From NCBI RefSeq assembly GCF_018350175.1, contig NC_058368.1, positions 84,818,001 through 84,882,000 on the forward strand: DNA of 64,000 nucleotides, written 5' to 3'. The DNA is from Felis catus. Taxonomy: Eukaryota. The notes beneath the pieces are model-generated. The model saw only the letters and a program-made list of their open reading frames with translations. It was not told the DNA's origin and did not search any database. A program made the position numbers and the translations under genes. Shown here one piece after another: positions 1-12,490 of the stretch (position 1 is the stretch's first letter; every line of letters begins with the position of its first letter).

Positions 1-3000
1 AACCAGCCTTGACCATGAACATGAATCCAAAGCCTGACCCTCACTTTAGCCCTTGCCTTCCATTCAATTATCCACTGAGGTCTCCTCACTGCAAATGGAT
101 AGGCCCCTAGTATCTCCTGGGTCCTAACCCTAACCTTAATCATGGCTCTGGCCAAACCATGCCTGAATCCTTGGTCTGAGGAAACAAGGATGAACGACAT
201 ATGCATGATGCCAGATTACTCAGCCAGATACACAGAAAATTTCCATTTGCATGAACCAGGTGGATGTGGAGAGTAGAATAGAATGGGAAATCTCACCGAA
301 ATCCAAACCATCCGCCTAGCCCCTGAACCTGAAAGCTAATCTGGATACTCATCCTAATACCAACTCAAATAAGTGCTCCAGGAATGTCTCTGTCCTTCCA
401 GGGTATAGGATCCTAGCCTCTCTTGGACACTAAACCTAAGCCTAGGTATAGCTATGACCATATCAGGGACCAAACCCTAGATCTGAGGGAATAACCTAAG
501 TGAAACACATGAAGGACATTAGGTTACTCAGCTAGAACAGAGAAGGGTTCTATGCTCTTGCAAACACCCAGAACTGGAGATAAGATTAGGATTAAAAATC
601 ACACCCCAACCAACACAATCAGCCTGATTCTGGAAATTGAATCCAACCCTAACCCTCACTCTAACAATTGTCCTCAACTCAGGCCTCCTGGAAGGTCTCC
701 ATACTGCTGGCAGATAGACCCCTAGCATCCTCTTGGCCCAATCCTTAACTCCAGCTCTGCTGTAGCATACCTGGGCTTGAAAGCTAGATCTGAGAAAACC
801 ACACGTGAGGGACAAATGAACAAAGCCAAACTCCTCAACCTGGAACACACAAGTGAAGCATGTCCTTGGAAGTGACTGGGAGGGAGTTGGAAAATAGATT
901 AGGGCTGAAAATATGACCCAAACATATGTATCCTAGCCCCTGGACCTGAAACTGAACCCTAAGCCTTACTCTCATCCTAACAAACACTCACCCTTCCACC
1001 CAAATCTCCCAGGAGGCCAGCAAACTATAAACTGATAGGCCCCTATATCTTGCAGGTACTAACCCTAACCCTAAACATGACCCTGGAACTACCTGGGCCT
1101 GCATCCTAGGTCTGAGGTAAAAATTGATTTGATACACATGAGTGGACCTGAATTATTTAGTGAGGAACACTGAAGTTATGCATACCATTTACAAGAGCAG
1201 AGTGGACCTGGAAATCACGACCGTGAGCAAAAAACGAACCATAACCCACAAAATCACATGGACTCTGAGCACAAAACCTAAGCCTGACCCACACCCTAAC
1301 ATGGGCTCTCAACCCATACATCAGAGGATATTACCTCTCTACTGGCAGATAGGCACCTGCCATCTCCCAGGAACAAACCCTAACCCTAGCCATGGCCCTG
1401 GCCCTAGCCCTAAATGGGTACACATCCCAGGTCTGAATAAGGAATAGTTTTGGACACATGACCAGAGCAGAATTATTTAGCGAGGAACCCAGAATTCCAG
1501 ATTTCCAGGAATGGGGTGAACATGGACAACATTATTTGGAGCAAATAATTAGCTGGAACACACAAAATAAGCAGGCCCCTGACCCCCAATCTAATGCTTT
1601 AGCCACATCCTAACACTTGCCATTAACTCAACATTCTATGGACAGCAACACACTAATGGCTGATAGGTCCCTGCCATCTCCCAGGGCTTAACCTTAACCC
1701 TAGATCTGTGGAAAAAAATGAATTTAGGGCATATGACTGGCCCAGAATTATTCAGCAGGGACCCAGAAGTTAACCATGCAGTTTACATGACTGGGATGGA
1801 TGGGGAACATTATTGTAAGCAATATCAAACCATAACCCAAACAATGAACCAGACCCTGGGCCAAAAACCTGAGCGTGACCCACACCCAAACACTTGCCCT
1901 CAATTTAGCCCTCCAAGAAGGTCACCAGACTACTGGTGGATAGGCCCCTGCCACCTCTCAGGACCTAACACTAACCCAAGCCATGGTCCAGCCCTAAATG
2001 GGCCCTGAGGAAAGAATGAATTAGGGGCACATAAACAGCACAGAATTATTCAGTGAAGAACACAGAATGAAGCCATGCAGATTTCTAGCACTGAGATATA
2101 CATGGAGAGAATGATTCTGAGCAAATACTTAGTCCAAACAAAAATAGCCAGCCCCTGAACCCTAACACAATGCCTGAGCCACATCTGAACACTCACACTC
2201 AACTCAGCCCTCTGGGCATGTTACCTCACTACCAGTACACAGGCCACTGCCATCTCCCAGGTGCTAACCCTAACCAAAAACATGGTCCAGGCCCTATATA
2301 AGCCCACACCCTAGGTTGAGGAAAGCATTGATGTGGGTTACATGACAGGCACAGATTATTCAGGAAAGAATCCAGAAGATCATGGTGCCATTTACATGGC
2401 TAAGATCAAGCTGGAGAACATGACTGCGACAGAACAAAAACTAACAATAGCCCAGACAGTCATCTGGCCCCTCAACCAAAAACCTAAACCATACCCACAT
2501 CCTAATGTTTGCCCTCAACTCTGTCCTCCAAAAGAGATGACCTCATTACTGTCAGATAGGCCCTTGCCATCTCCTAGAACATAACCCTAACCATAGCCAT
2601 GGGTATCACACTAAATGTGCATACATTTAGTCTAAGTGTAGGAGTTAGACTAAGTTAGGTCTAAGTTAGGAGTGGATTTGGGGCCCATGACTGGAAAAAA
2701 ATTATTCACTGAGGATCCTAGAAGGTCGCTACACTTACAAGACCAGAATGGAATTATTGAAGAGGATCCTGAGCGAAAAACCGAAGCCTAGCCTACACAA
2801 TCAGTGGGCCTCTTAAACTAAACTCTAAGTTTGACCCACAGCCTAACACATACCCTCAAATGAGCCCTCTATGGAGATCACTTAAATACCGATGTTTTGG
2901 ACTTTGCAACCTCCAGGAACCACAACTTAACCTTAGATATGGCTCTGGCCCTAAGTGGGCCCACTTCCTGGTTCTGAGGAAAGATCGTACTTGAGGCCCA

Positions 3001-6000
3001 TATGGCACATAATTACTCACCAAGGAAAACAAAAGTTCTTCATGACATTTACACAGCCAGAGTGGGGTGGCAGAGGGGATCCTGAACCAAAACCTAAGCC
3101 TGGGCCATACTATCAGCTGGCCCTTGAAACCAAACCTTAAGCCTGACCCACACCCTAACACACCCCTTCAGCTAATCTCCCCAGGGAGATCACTGAAGTT
3201 GTGGTAGTTCAGTTACTGACACTCCTGGGACCTAACACTAACCCTAGGAATGGCTGTGGCCTTAAGAGGGCCCACCCTCTAAGTCTAGGGGAGAACAGAT
3301 TCAAGCATAAGTGCTCAGAATTATTCAGGGAAAAACCCATAAGATGGCCATGACATTTACACAGTCAGGATGTGCCTACAGAGGAGATCATGAACAAAAA
3401 CCTAAGCCTAGCCCACAACATCTGCCTGAACCCAAAACTTAAGCCTGACCTAACACACACCCTCACTCAACATATCCTTCCAGAGATATCAGGTCACAGC
3501 TGGTGGTTGGGTCCCTGCCACCTCCCTCAGATTAACTCTTAACACTAGCTATCACTCTGGTCTTAAGGCACCCACCTCCTAGAACCAAGGAAAGAAATAT
3601 AAGGAATATAAGGAATATAAGGAATATAAAAAATATAAGGAATATAAGGAATATATAGGAATATATAAGAAATATAAGGAATATAAGAAACCAAGGAATA
3701 TAAGCAAGTGATCAGCTGAATTATTCAGGGAGTACAACAGACATTCACCATGACATTTACATCACAAGGATGGAACTACAGAAGGGGATTCTAAGTTAAA
3801 ACCTAAGCTTAGTACACATTTTAGGTAGTCCCTGAACTCAAATCCTAAGGGTGAATGACACCATAACAGCTCCTTCACTCAGCCCTCAGTGGAGATCACT
3901 GTGCGACTGAGTTTATGGTCCATGCCACATCCCAGGGCTTAACCGTAACACTAGCCTTGGCTCTGGCTCTAAGTGGACCCTCCTCCTAGGTCTGAGGAAA
4001 GAAGAGAATTGGATCACAAGAACAGCACAGAATTATTAAACAAAGAATATAGATCACTATGATCTTTACATGGTTGGGATGGAGATGCAGAAGGGAATCC
4101 TGAGCCAAAACATAAGTCTACCCATAAAATTGGCTATCACTGAACCTAAACCCTAAATCTGACCCACATGGAAACATGCACCATAAAGTCAGCCTTCTGG
4201 GGAGATTGCTGCATTGTTAGCAGTTTGGTCTTTGCCACTTCCAGAGATCTAAACCTAAGTCTGGCCATGGCTCTTGCTCTAAGGGCACACACCTCATAGC
4301 TGTGAGGAAAGAATGGACTTGAGGTCCAGGACCAGTGCATAACTTTTTAGTGAGGAAGCTAGACATTCACCATGACTTTATATAACAGAAGTGGAACTAC
4401 AGAAGGGGATCTGAGCAAAGTCCTATGCCTAGGCAATAGGCCACTCCCATTGGCCACTCCCTGAAACCAAACCCTAACCCTGACTGGAACTGTAAGGAGT
4501 ACCCTGGACTGAGTCAACAGGGGAGATCATTGTACTGCTGGAAGTTCAACACTTGCCACCTCCTGGGACCTAACCCTAACCCTAGGCATGACTCTGGCCC
4601 TAAGGGGGCCAGCTATCTAATTCTGAGGAGAAAACTGACTTGGGCTCATGACCAGTACAAAATTATTAAGCCAGGGCCTCAGAAGAACATTATGACATTT
4701 ACCTGGCCAGGATAGAGCTACAAAGAGGATCCTGAGCAATCATAGTTTAGGCCACACCATCGACAGGCCCCTGAACCAAAACACTAAGCCAAACCCACAC
4801 CCGTACATACACCCTCAAATTAGCCTTTCGGGTAGATCACTACACTACTGGCAGTTTGGCCCCTTACAAATCCTGGGGCTTAACTCTAACCCTAGCCATG
4901 GCTCTGGACCTAACTGGGCTCACCTCCTAGGTCTTAAGAAAGAATTGAATTGGCACCCATGAATGGCACATAATTATTCAACAAAAGACCCAGAAGGTCG
5001 CCAAGACACTTATAGGATTGACATAGAGCTACAGAAGGGGATCCTAAGCCAAAACCTAACCCTAGCCCACACTCTTGGCCAGCCCCTGAGCCTAAACCTT
5101 AAGCCTGACCTGCACCAAAATATGCACCCTCAGCTCACCCTTGTTGGGAGATCACTGCACTGTTGTTGGTTTTGCCTTTGTCACCTCTAGAGACCTCAAG
5201 CCGAAGACTGAAGCTCAAAGTAAAGTGCACCCTCAACTCAGCCCTCTGGGGAGATCACTGCACTGCTGTTAGTTGAGAACCTGTCCCCTCCTAGAACCTA
5301 AATCTAATCCTAGCCATCGATATGGTTTTAAGGGGCCCCACCACATGTTGTGAGCCAAGAATGGAATTGGTACTTATGGCCCAGATAGATTTCCTCACCA
5401 AAGAACCCAGGAGTTCCTCATGATATTACATGGTCATGATGGGTCTGCAGAAGAAGGTCATGAGCCACAGTCTAGGCCTAGCTGGGACAATCAGCCAGCC
5501 CATGAACCCAAGCCGGACCAGCACCTTAACACATACCCTCAATTCAACCCTCTAAGGAGATCACTACATGAATGTTGGTTCAGAGCCTATATCCTCCTGG
5601 TTTGTAATCCTAAACTTCGCCATAGTTCTTGTCATGTTTCATAAGGGGCCCCACCACTTAGGTCTTAGCAATGAACAGAATTGGGGCCCAGGACCATCAC
5701 AGAATTATTCAATGAGAAACCCAGAAGTTCCCATGACATTTATAAGACATTGATGGGGTTACATAAGGGGATTCTGAAACTAACCTAAACTTAGCCCACA
5801 CAAGAGGCCACCCCAGAAACTAAACTCTAACCCTGACCTACACCCTAACATGTGCCCTCATCTCAGCCCTCCAGGAGTATCTGTACTTTGCTGTTGACTC
5901 CTCCCTGGACCTAACCCTAACTGTTTGTCTCAGCTCTGGCCAGTGGTGTCCCAAATCCAAGGTCTGAGGAGGGAATGGACCTGAGGCCCATGAACAGTGA

Positions 6001-7830
6001 AAATTATTCAGGGAGGAACACAAAAGTCCACTTGAAATGTTCATTTCCAGGATGTAACTACAAGAAGGGATCCACGTTAAAGCAGAAGTCTCATCTACAC
6101 ACTTGACCAAACGCTGGTCAAACCCTATGACTGACCCGCACCATAACACATGACCTCAATGTAGCTTACAGGGGAGGTAGATCACAGTAATGCTGGTGAG
6201 TCAAGCCCTAATACTTCATGGAATATAACATTACCCTTAACCATGGTCTGGCTCTAAGCGTGTCCACAGAGTAGGTTTGAGGAGGTAAACGAATTAGGGT
6301 CCATGATTGGCACAAATTATTCAGTGAGAAAGTCTGAAGTTCACCATGACATTTATACAGGAGAGATGGGGCTACAGAAGGAGATCCTGAGTCAAACCTT
6401 CAGCCTAGCCAACAGCCTCAGGTGGGCCTTGAGCTCAGTACCTAAGGAAGACCCACATAACAAGTCCCAACACTCAGCCCTCCAGGGATATCACTGTACT
6501 GCTGTTGGTTCAGACTCTGTTCCATTCCAGGGCCTAAACCTCACTGTAGACATGGATGTGGCCTTACGGCACCTTGGAGCAAGGATGGAATTGGTGCCCA
6601 TGGCAAGGAGAGCTTTCTTCAGGGAGGAAGCCAGACATTCCTCATGATATTTATACAGCCTGGATGGGAGAAGCAGATCATGATCCAAAACCTATCCCTA
6701 GCTGAGACTATTGGCCAGCCCTTAAATCCAAATCCTAACCCTGACCAGCACCCTAACATAAGCCCTCAACTCAGACTTTTGTGGAAATCACTACATGGCT
6801 GTTCATCCAGTTCCTGCATCCTCCAGGGGCTTAATCCTAACCCTAGCAATGGTTCTTGTCTTAAGGCGGTCACCTCCTATGTCATAGCAAATATAAAAAT
6901 CAGGGCCCATGCCTCGCTGAGAATTATTTAGCAAGAAGCCCAAAGGTTCCCAATGACATTTAAAAGGCAAGGACGGGTCTACAGAAAGGATTCTGAACCA
7001 AAGCCTAAACCTGACCCACACAAACTATCAACCCTTTACCCAAACACTAAGCTTGACCTGTACTGTAAAACTCACCCTCAACTCAACACTCAGGGGGATA
7101 ACTGTCCTGCTGTTGATTCATACCCTGTCCCTTCCCTGGACCTAACACTAACCCTACACTTGGCTTTGTCCTTATGGGGCCCACGTCCAAGGTTTAAGGA
7201 ATGAATGGACTTGAGGTCCATGACTGACACCGAATTCACCAGGGAGGAAGGGAGAAAATCACCATGACCCTTTCATGTTGGGGATGGATCTATAGAAAGG
7301 AATCCAGGGCTAATGTGTAAGCCTGTACCACATGATTGGCAAACCACTGAACCCAAATCCTAAGCCTTACCCACACCCTCAAATGTGTCTTCAACTTAAC
7401 CCACCAGGGAGATCACTGCACTGCTTGCAGTTGACCCCTTGCAACTGCTGGGAACTGAAACTTAATCCTAGCCATGCCTTTGGCTCTAAAGGGGTCCACC
7501 AAGTAGGTCTGAAGAGAGAAGTGACTTAGGGCCTTTGAGTGGTACAGAATCACTCAGTAAGAAAGCCTGAAGTTCACCATGACATTTCCAGGGAGGGATC
7601 GGACTACAAAAAGGGATTCTGAGCTGAAACCTCTGCCTAGCCCATCGAGTCATCTGGCTCTTAAAGACAGATCCTAAGACTCAGCCACACCCTATCAAAC
7701 ACTGTCATCTCAGCCAACTGAGGAGATCACTGCCAGACTATTGGTTCAGACCCTCCCCCCTCCCAGGACCTAAACCCAACCCTAGCCATGGATCTGGCCT
7801 TAAGGGGCCACTCAGGGGCAGAAATCCTGC
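1..7830. repeat. Diverged tandem satellite, ~300-320 bp monomer, ~25 copies, rich in TAACCC/TAAGCC hexamer variants (possibly related to felid FA-SAT-type satellites)
   Basis: A GAATTATTC-like anchor recurs at ~1150, 1470, 1746, 2044, 2354, 2700, 3011, 3318, 3718, 4030, 4340, 4660, 4971, 5388, 5703, 6001, 6314, 6921, 7233 and 7547. Each unit also carries CCTAACCCTAGCCATGG and CCCTCAACTCAGCCCT-like motifs. The array runs off the left edge. The family name is inference. Confidence 0.9.
3590..3703. repeat. (AAGGAATAT)n 9-bp microsatellite inside a satellite monomer
   Basis: About 12 tandem AAGGAATAT variants are visible directly. Confidence 0.95.
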
Positions 7831-9289
7831 TTTCACAGAATCATTAATTCTGCTTGAAAGGAATGAAATAAATGGGAAAAGGATTAAAGTAGGATGAAAG
7901 TCACACATGTTTAATGCAATATCAGATGTCTGATTGTGGCTGGTAGAATGGAGAGAGCAAGTCTGTGTCTGAACAAATGCGGGGATGAGGTGACCCTGCA
8001 CCCACATCACCCTGTCCCCTACATGGGTATCTTAATCCCCAGCATCTCTGAGCAATCAGAACCAGTCACCACATATGAGAGGAGGAGCTGAATGCTAATG
8101 TCCTTTATGGCTGCACTTTTCTTATCCAGGACCCATATCTGAACCTGGCCTGGGGCACAGAGCTAGGTAAAATCTACGTGTACTCCACAGCTGTCCAGGG
8201 GCTAAAGAGAAAGCAAAAAGGGATGATATCCTTGGGACCAAATATTAGTGACAGTGGTAATGATAGTGGGAATGGAAATGTCTGGTCAAAATTAAGTGGG
8301 ACTGAGCACTATTTAAAATAGCTAAACAACAATAAGCAACAGAGAGATCTATAACATATCCTTCTCCTGTCGTAAGGTTGCCCATTATTTTAGGAACTTC
8401 TGTGTCATGTATTCACATGTAAACAAAAGCTTACACATGCTCTCTTAGTACTAAGAACTAACTCTCCTCCAGGACAATTTTTGCCCTTCTCACACTTGGC
8501 CTAACTTGCTGATGAGCAAACATGTGGTTACTGTTACATCTCATCAGTGATAGTGACAGTGGTAGGTCACCATCAGTGATAGATCAATGATGGTGACATG
8601 GACCAGGACTATATTTCACACTACTGGATCCTTCTAAAAGTCGTCATCAAATACAGGTGATTTGCTACATAACAGTGGTGAAGATTATCTTCTGGGCAGT
8701 GTTTGAAATTCTATCAGTAATTTGAAATGTAAATGAATATTTATTATAAATGAGTAAAATATGGTCCTATTTAATAATCATTATCAATGTGACCAATTGA
8801 ATAAAAACAATAAATTCAAATAAATGAAACAGCATTTTATTTATTTATCACAGAAAAGTGATAACTATGGATGAAACATAGATTTTGTTGGCCAACAAAT
8901 GTTTAAAATAATTAAATGATAATAAGTAGCAGAACAGTAGAATTAATTCTAATGCTTGTACCATTATGTGGTTTGCTAGCTTTCATAAAGAATAATAAAA
9001 TTCATAATAAGAATATAGCTTTAAAGAATGTAATATTGTCAGTTATTTAATTTTCACTACATCCCCAAGGGTTCAGGAAAAAATGGTTTTTGTCCATATT
9101 CAGAAAATGAAAAGAGATTTGAAGGAAATGAAGAGTACACAATGTACTTCATCCTTGCCAAACAAACTTCAGAAAAATGGACATCATGAGAGAACTTCAG
9201 GTACTTTCTATACTGTTTTATGTCTTCAGGGTATATGCCACACAAGCAACGTGTTACAGTTAGTGCTATTTATACCATATAAATATAAT

Positions 9290-9760
9290 CATACATTGAA
9301 TTTAAGAAACAAAATGGACATAGGGTCACATAGGGTAAGGGGTGAAAAGGAAAGGGAAGAAAAGAATAAGAGACTCTTTTTTATCTTTTTATTTTTAGAG
9401 AGAGAGATTGCAAGTGGGAGAGAGGCAGACAGTGAGAGAGAATTTAAACAGACTCCGTGTTCAGTGTAGAGCATGATGTGGGGCTTCATTCCACAACAAT
9501 AGAATCATAACCTGAGACGAAATCGAGTTGGTCACTCAACCAACTGAGCCACCCAGGTTTCCCCAAGAAACTATAGAAAAAAATTGAGGGGAGGTGCATG
9601 GATGATGGGCTAAATGGATAATGGGCATTAAGGAGGGAACTTGTGTTGAGAACTGGATGTTATAAGTGATGAATTACTAAATTATACATCTGAAACCAAT
9701 ATTACATTATATGTTAACTAAGTAGAGTTTATATAAAAATTTTCCAAATAAAATTAAAAG
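9290..9760 (+). mobile_element. L1 3' end fragment, interrupted by a SINE
   Basis: Carnivore L1 3'UTR motifs (GGCATTAAGGAGGG...GAATTACTAAATT...ATGTTAACTAA) and an A-rich tail. Confidence 0.8.
9378..9563 (-). mobile_element. CanSINE (old SINEC type)
   Basis: Poly-T then (AG)n, ending CAACTGAGCCACCCAGG; flanked by AAGAGACT/AAGAAACT. Confidence 0.85.
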
Positions 9761-10559
9761 AGTTCTGAAAAATAGAATTCAGATTAAGCTAAAATGGCAA
9801 AGATAAGAAAAATGTAAAATTAATTTCTAAACTTATTTTAAACTATTCCTAAAGTACATTTCATATTTTATTGTTAAGTCTTTGGAGAGTACCTATATAT
9901 GAATTCGTAAATATAGAGATGTGTTAAAATATATGTATATATTTATAATGGTTTTCTATGCAAAAACAACAACCTCTGCAAAGGTTCCAATTTTCTTGGC
10001 TGAAAATTATTGTAGGTATATAAACATTAACCAGGAAAAGTAAAGAAATATACCCTGAAAAAACCCTAGAACCCTAAATTCTGTAACTTATTTTTTATGC
10101 TTTTCATTTAGGCAAAATTTACCTACTACAGAAAAAATGTATCAGATTTTCAAGACATGATACCACCAATAGAATTGAAATATTATGTTATGATGCATAA
10201 TTAAAACAAATAAGCAAATAAACTTATAAATCAAGCCCAATGGACGTTAAGGAAGAAATGTATTACATAAATAGCAGTTTAATGAAAATAATTAACCTTT
10301 GAAAATTGAATAAAAGCAGATTTGTCAGAAAAACATAATAACAAGTAACCCAAATATAATTTAATTTCAAAAATTCCAAATAATTCTGTGAATATTATAT
10401 ACTGCTTGCTACAAAACCACGACGTTTTTTTTTTTTCCTTTGGAAGTATCTAGATGGGTTTTTTTTTTTTTTTTTTGTTCCAGAAAATGAAAATTGGTAG
10501 TTCACAAAGGAAGATAAGCACATTGCCATGAGTTAATAAAAACATCCCCAGAAATCATT

Positions 10560-11260
10560 AGGGAGATAAAAAATAAAACCAAGATGAGTAAGTATATCCA
10601 TGTTAGAATAGCTAAAATGAAAAAAAAAGTTGACATTACCCACAATTGCTGCCAATAGGAGCAAGTGGTACTCCTGTGACTTGCTGGTGGGCATGTAACA
10701 TTGAACAAACATTGTTACTGTTACACTGTTCACTAAAAAACTAGTCATGCATCTATCAAATTAAGTAAAAACATGTGATTACAAAAATGATTTTAAAGCT
10801 ATTTTAGTAATAACAGTTACAGACTGAAAATATCCCACATGTTCATCATCATAGTAGTATCTAAACAAAGACATTTAGATTCAGATGTGGGAATATTAAT
10901 CAGGAACAAAAAAGGAAACATCTGATTAATGTAAAGTTGTGGCAGAATCTTTAAAAACCTATTGAGAAAAAGACAAAATATATAGAAATCTACCTATTTT
11001 GTATTTTCATTGGAGCAAAATTCTAGAATAGGCCAAACTGCAGCATAAAGATACAAATGTGACCAGTGGTAGTATATTGGTTGAGTGGTTTTACTGGAAA
11101 AGGAAATGAAAAACATTTCTGGTCTGGTGAGAATTGTCTTTTGCTAGTGGGTTAAGTTACAAGTCCAAGTTGGTGACACTGGTTGAATACTAAGCTTCAG
11201 GTGTGAGCATTTTAGTGTTTGTAAGTTAAACCACAATTTAAAAGAAATTAACAATAAATG
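10560..11260 (+). mobile_element. Ancient L1 (L1M-type) 3' region
   Basis: Degenerate ORF2-end and 3'UTR motifs (TTGCTGGTGGGCATGTAA, ATGTTCATCA, TTCTAGAATAGGCCAAACT). Confidence 0.6.
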
Positions 11261-11509
11261 TTCAAAATCGTTTGGCTACTTAGTTCATTCTTTGAGCAAA
11301 TACTTATTAGGTGGTGTGATGTAAAAACATTTTAATGATTTTTGTTTAACAGATTTTTAACAATCCACAATTTGATATGTTCATGACAGCTTAGTAAAAG
11401 ATCCAAACTACAGATCTGTGCCTGCATTTCAAAGTAAAATAGTAATAACAAAGATATAATGCACACAATTTTTTTCTCTAGGAAATCCCACACAACCACT
11501 TTTACAATC

Positions 11510-12448
11510 TTAGTCATGGCTTAAGGCAGAACACTGACCCAGACATTTTCTCAGGGCTAACTTGACTTCTCTGTTCCTCAGACTGTAGATGAGGGGGTTC
11601 AGTATAGGGGTGAAGATAGTATAGAACACTGAAACTACTTTATCATGGTGAGCTGACCTGTAGGATTTAGGTTGCATATAGGTAAAAATTGCAGCTCCGT
11701 AAAAGAGTACCACCACAGAGAGATGTGAGGAGCAGGTGGTAAAAGCCTTTTTGCGGGCTGATCTAAAACGCATCTGGAGAACTGCAGCAAGGATGAGACT
11801 ATAGGAAATCAGAATGAGAGACAATGGGACCAGGAGCATTAACACACAGCATACGTACATCACATACTCAAAGACAAACGTGTCCGCACAAGCTAAACGC
11901 ACCAGAGTAGGGGTCTCACAGAAGAAATGATTGATCTCATGTGCATCACAAAATGGAAAACTCAGGGTAGCAGCAGCCTGCATGAGCCCATCAGCTGCCC
12001 CCAGGACCCAAGACCCCACAGTCATTCTCAGGCATAATTGCCAGCTCATGAGGGCTGGGTATCGCAGTGGGTGACAAACAGCCACATACCGGTCATAGGA
12101 CATGGCTGCTAAGAGGAAGCACTCGCCCCCTCCCAAAGTGATAAAAAAGAAGATCTGCAACCCACAGCCGGCAAGGGAGATTAACTTCTCTCCAGTCAAG
12201 TAGTCAGTAACCATTTTGGGCACAATGGTGGAAACCAGCATCATGTCCATGAGGGAGAGTTGACTCAGTAGGAAGTACATGGGTGTGTGGAGTCGGGCAT
12301 CTTGATGAATCAAGAAGATCATGAAGGCATTGCCCACTAGGGAGGCGAAGGAAGTTGTCACAACCATCACAAAAAGAAATAGTTTGGCTTCTGTGTGGTT
12401 AAAGAGTCCTAGGAGAATGAAATATGAGGTGGTGTTCCCGTTTTTCAT
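11510..12448 (-). CDS. OR2T33-like: Intact single-exon olfactory receptor, family 2 subfamily T (OR2T8/OR2T12/OR2T33-like), 312 aa
   Basis: All canonical OR motifs are present: N-terminal NTT glycosylation site, [77 protein letters not shown] and [10 protein letters not shown] match the human OR2T8/12/33 group as I recall it. The exact ortholog cannot be assigned. Confidence 0.95.
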   Translation of the reverse strand: MKNGNTTSYFILLGLFNHTEAKLFLFVMVVTTSFASLVGNAFMIFLIHQDARLHTPMYFLLSQLSLMDMMLVSTIVPKMVTDYLTGEKLISLAGCGLQIFFFITLGGGECFLLAAMSYDRYVAVCHPLRYPALMSWQLCLRMTVGSWVLGAADGLMQAAATLSFPFCDAHEINHFFCETPTLVRLACADTFVFEYVMYVCCVLMLLVPLSLILISYSLILAAVLQMRFRSARKKAFTTCSSHLSVVVLFYGAAIFTYMQPKSYRSAHHDKVVSVFYTIFTPILNPLIYSLRNREVKLALRKCLGQCSALSHD

Positions 12449-12468
12449 GATTTCAAACAGGAATGACG

Positions 12469-12490
12469 CTGGAAATGAAGAAGTAGATGA
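12469..12490 (-). promoter_or_regulatory. Probable splice acceptor of the OR coding exon
   Basis: The minus strand reads TACTTCTTCATTTCCAG, then 20 nt, then ATG. ORs commonly have upstream non-coding exons. Confidence 0.6.

Noticed and set aside
528..7529. Many 60-115 aa Pro/Asn-rich ORFs (PKPKPDPHPN, PNPNPSHG)
   Set aside because: They are translations of the TAACCC-rich satellite; frames are not conserved between monomers.
1..7830. CRISPR-like repeat/spacer pattern or a true telomere array
   Set aside because: Whole monomers are homologous, with no unique spacers or cas genes. The DNA is mammalian, and CCCTAA runs never exceed 2-3 units.
7830..9280. Unique sequence between the satellite and the OR, with short ORFs and a repeated CATCAGTGATAG
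   Set aside because: No recognisable gene or element; the short direct repeat alone supports no call.
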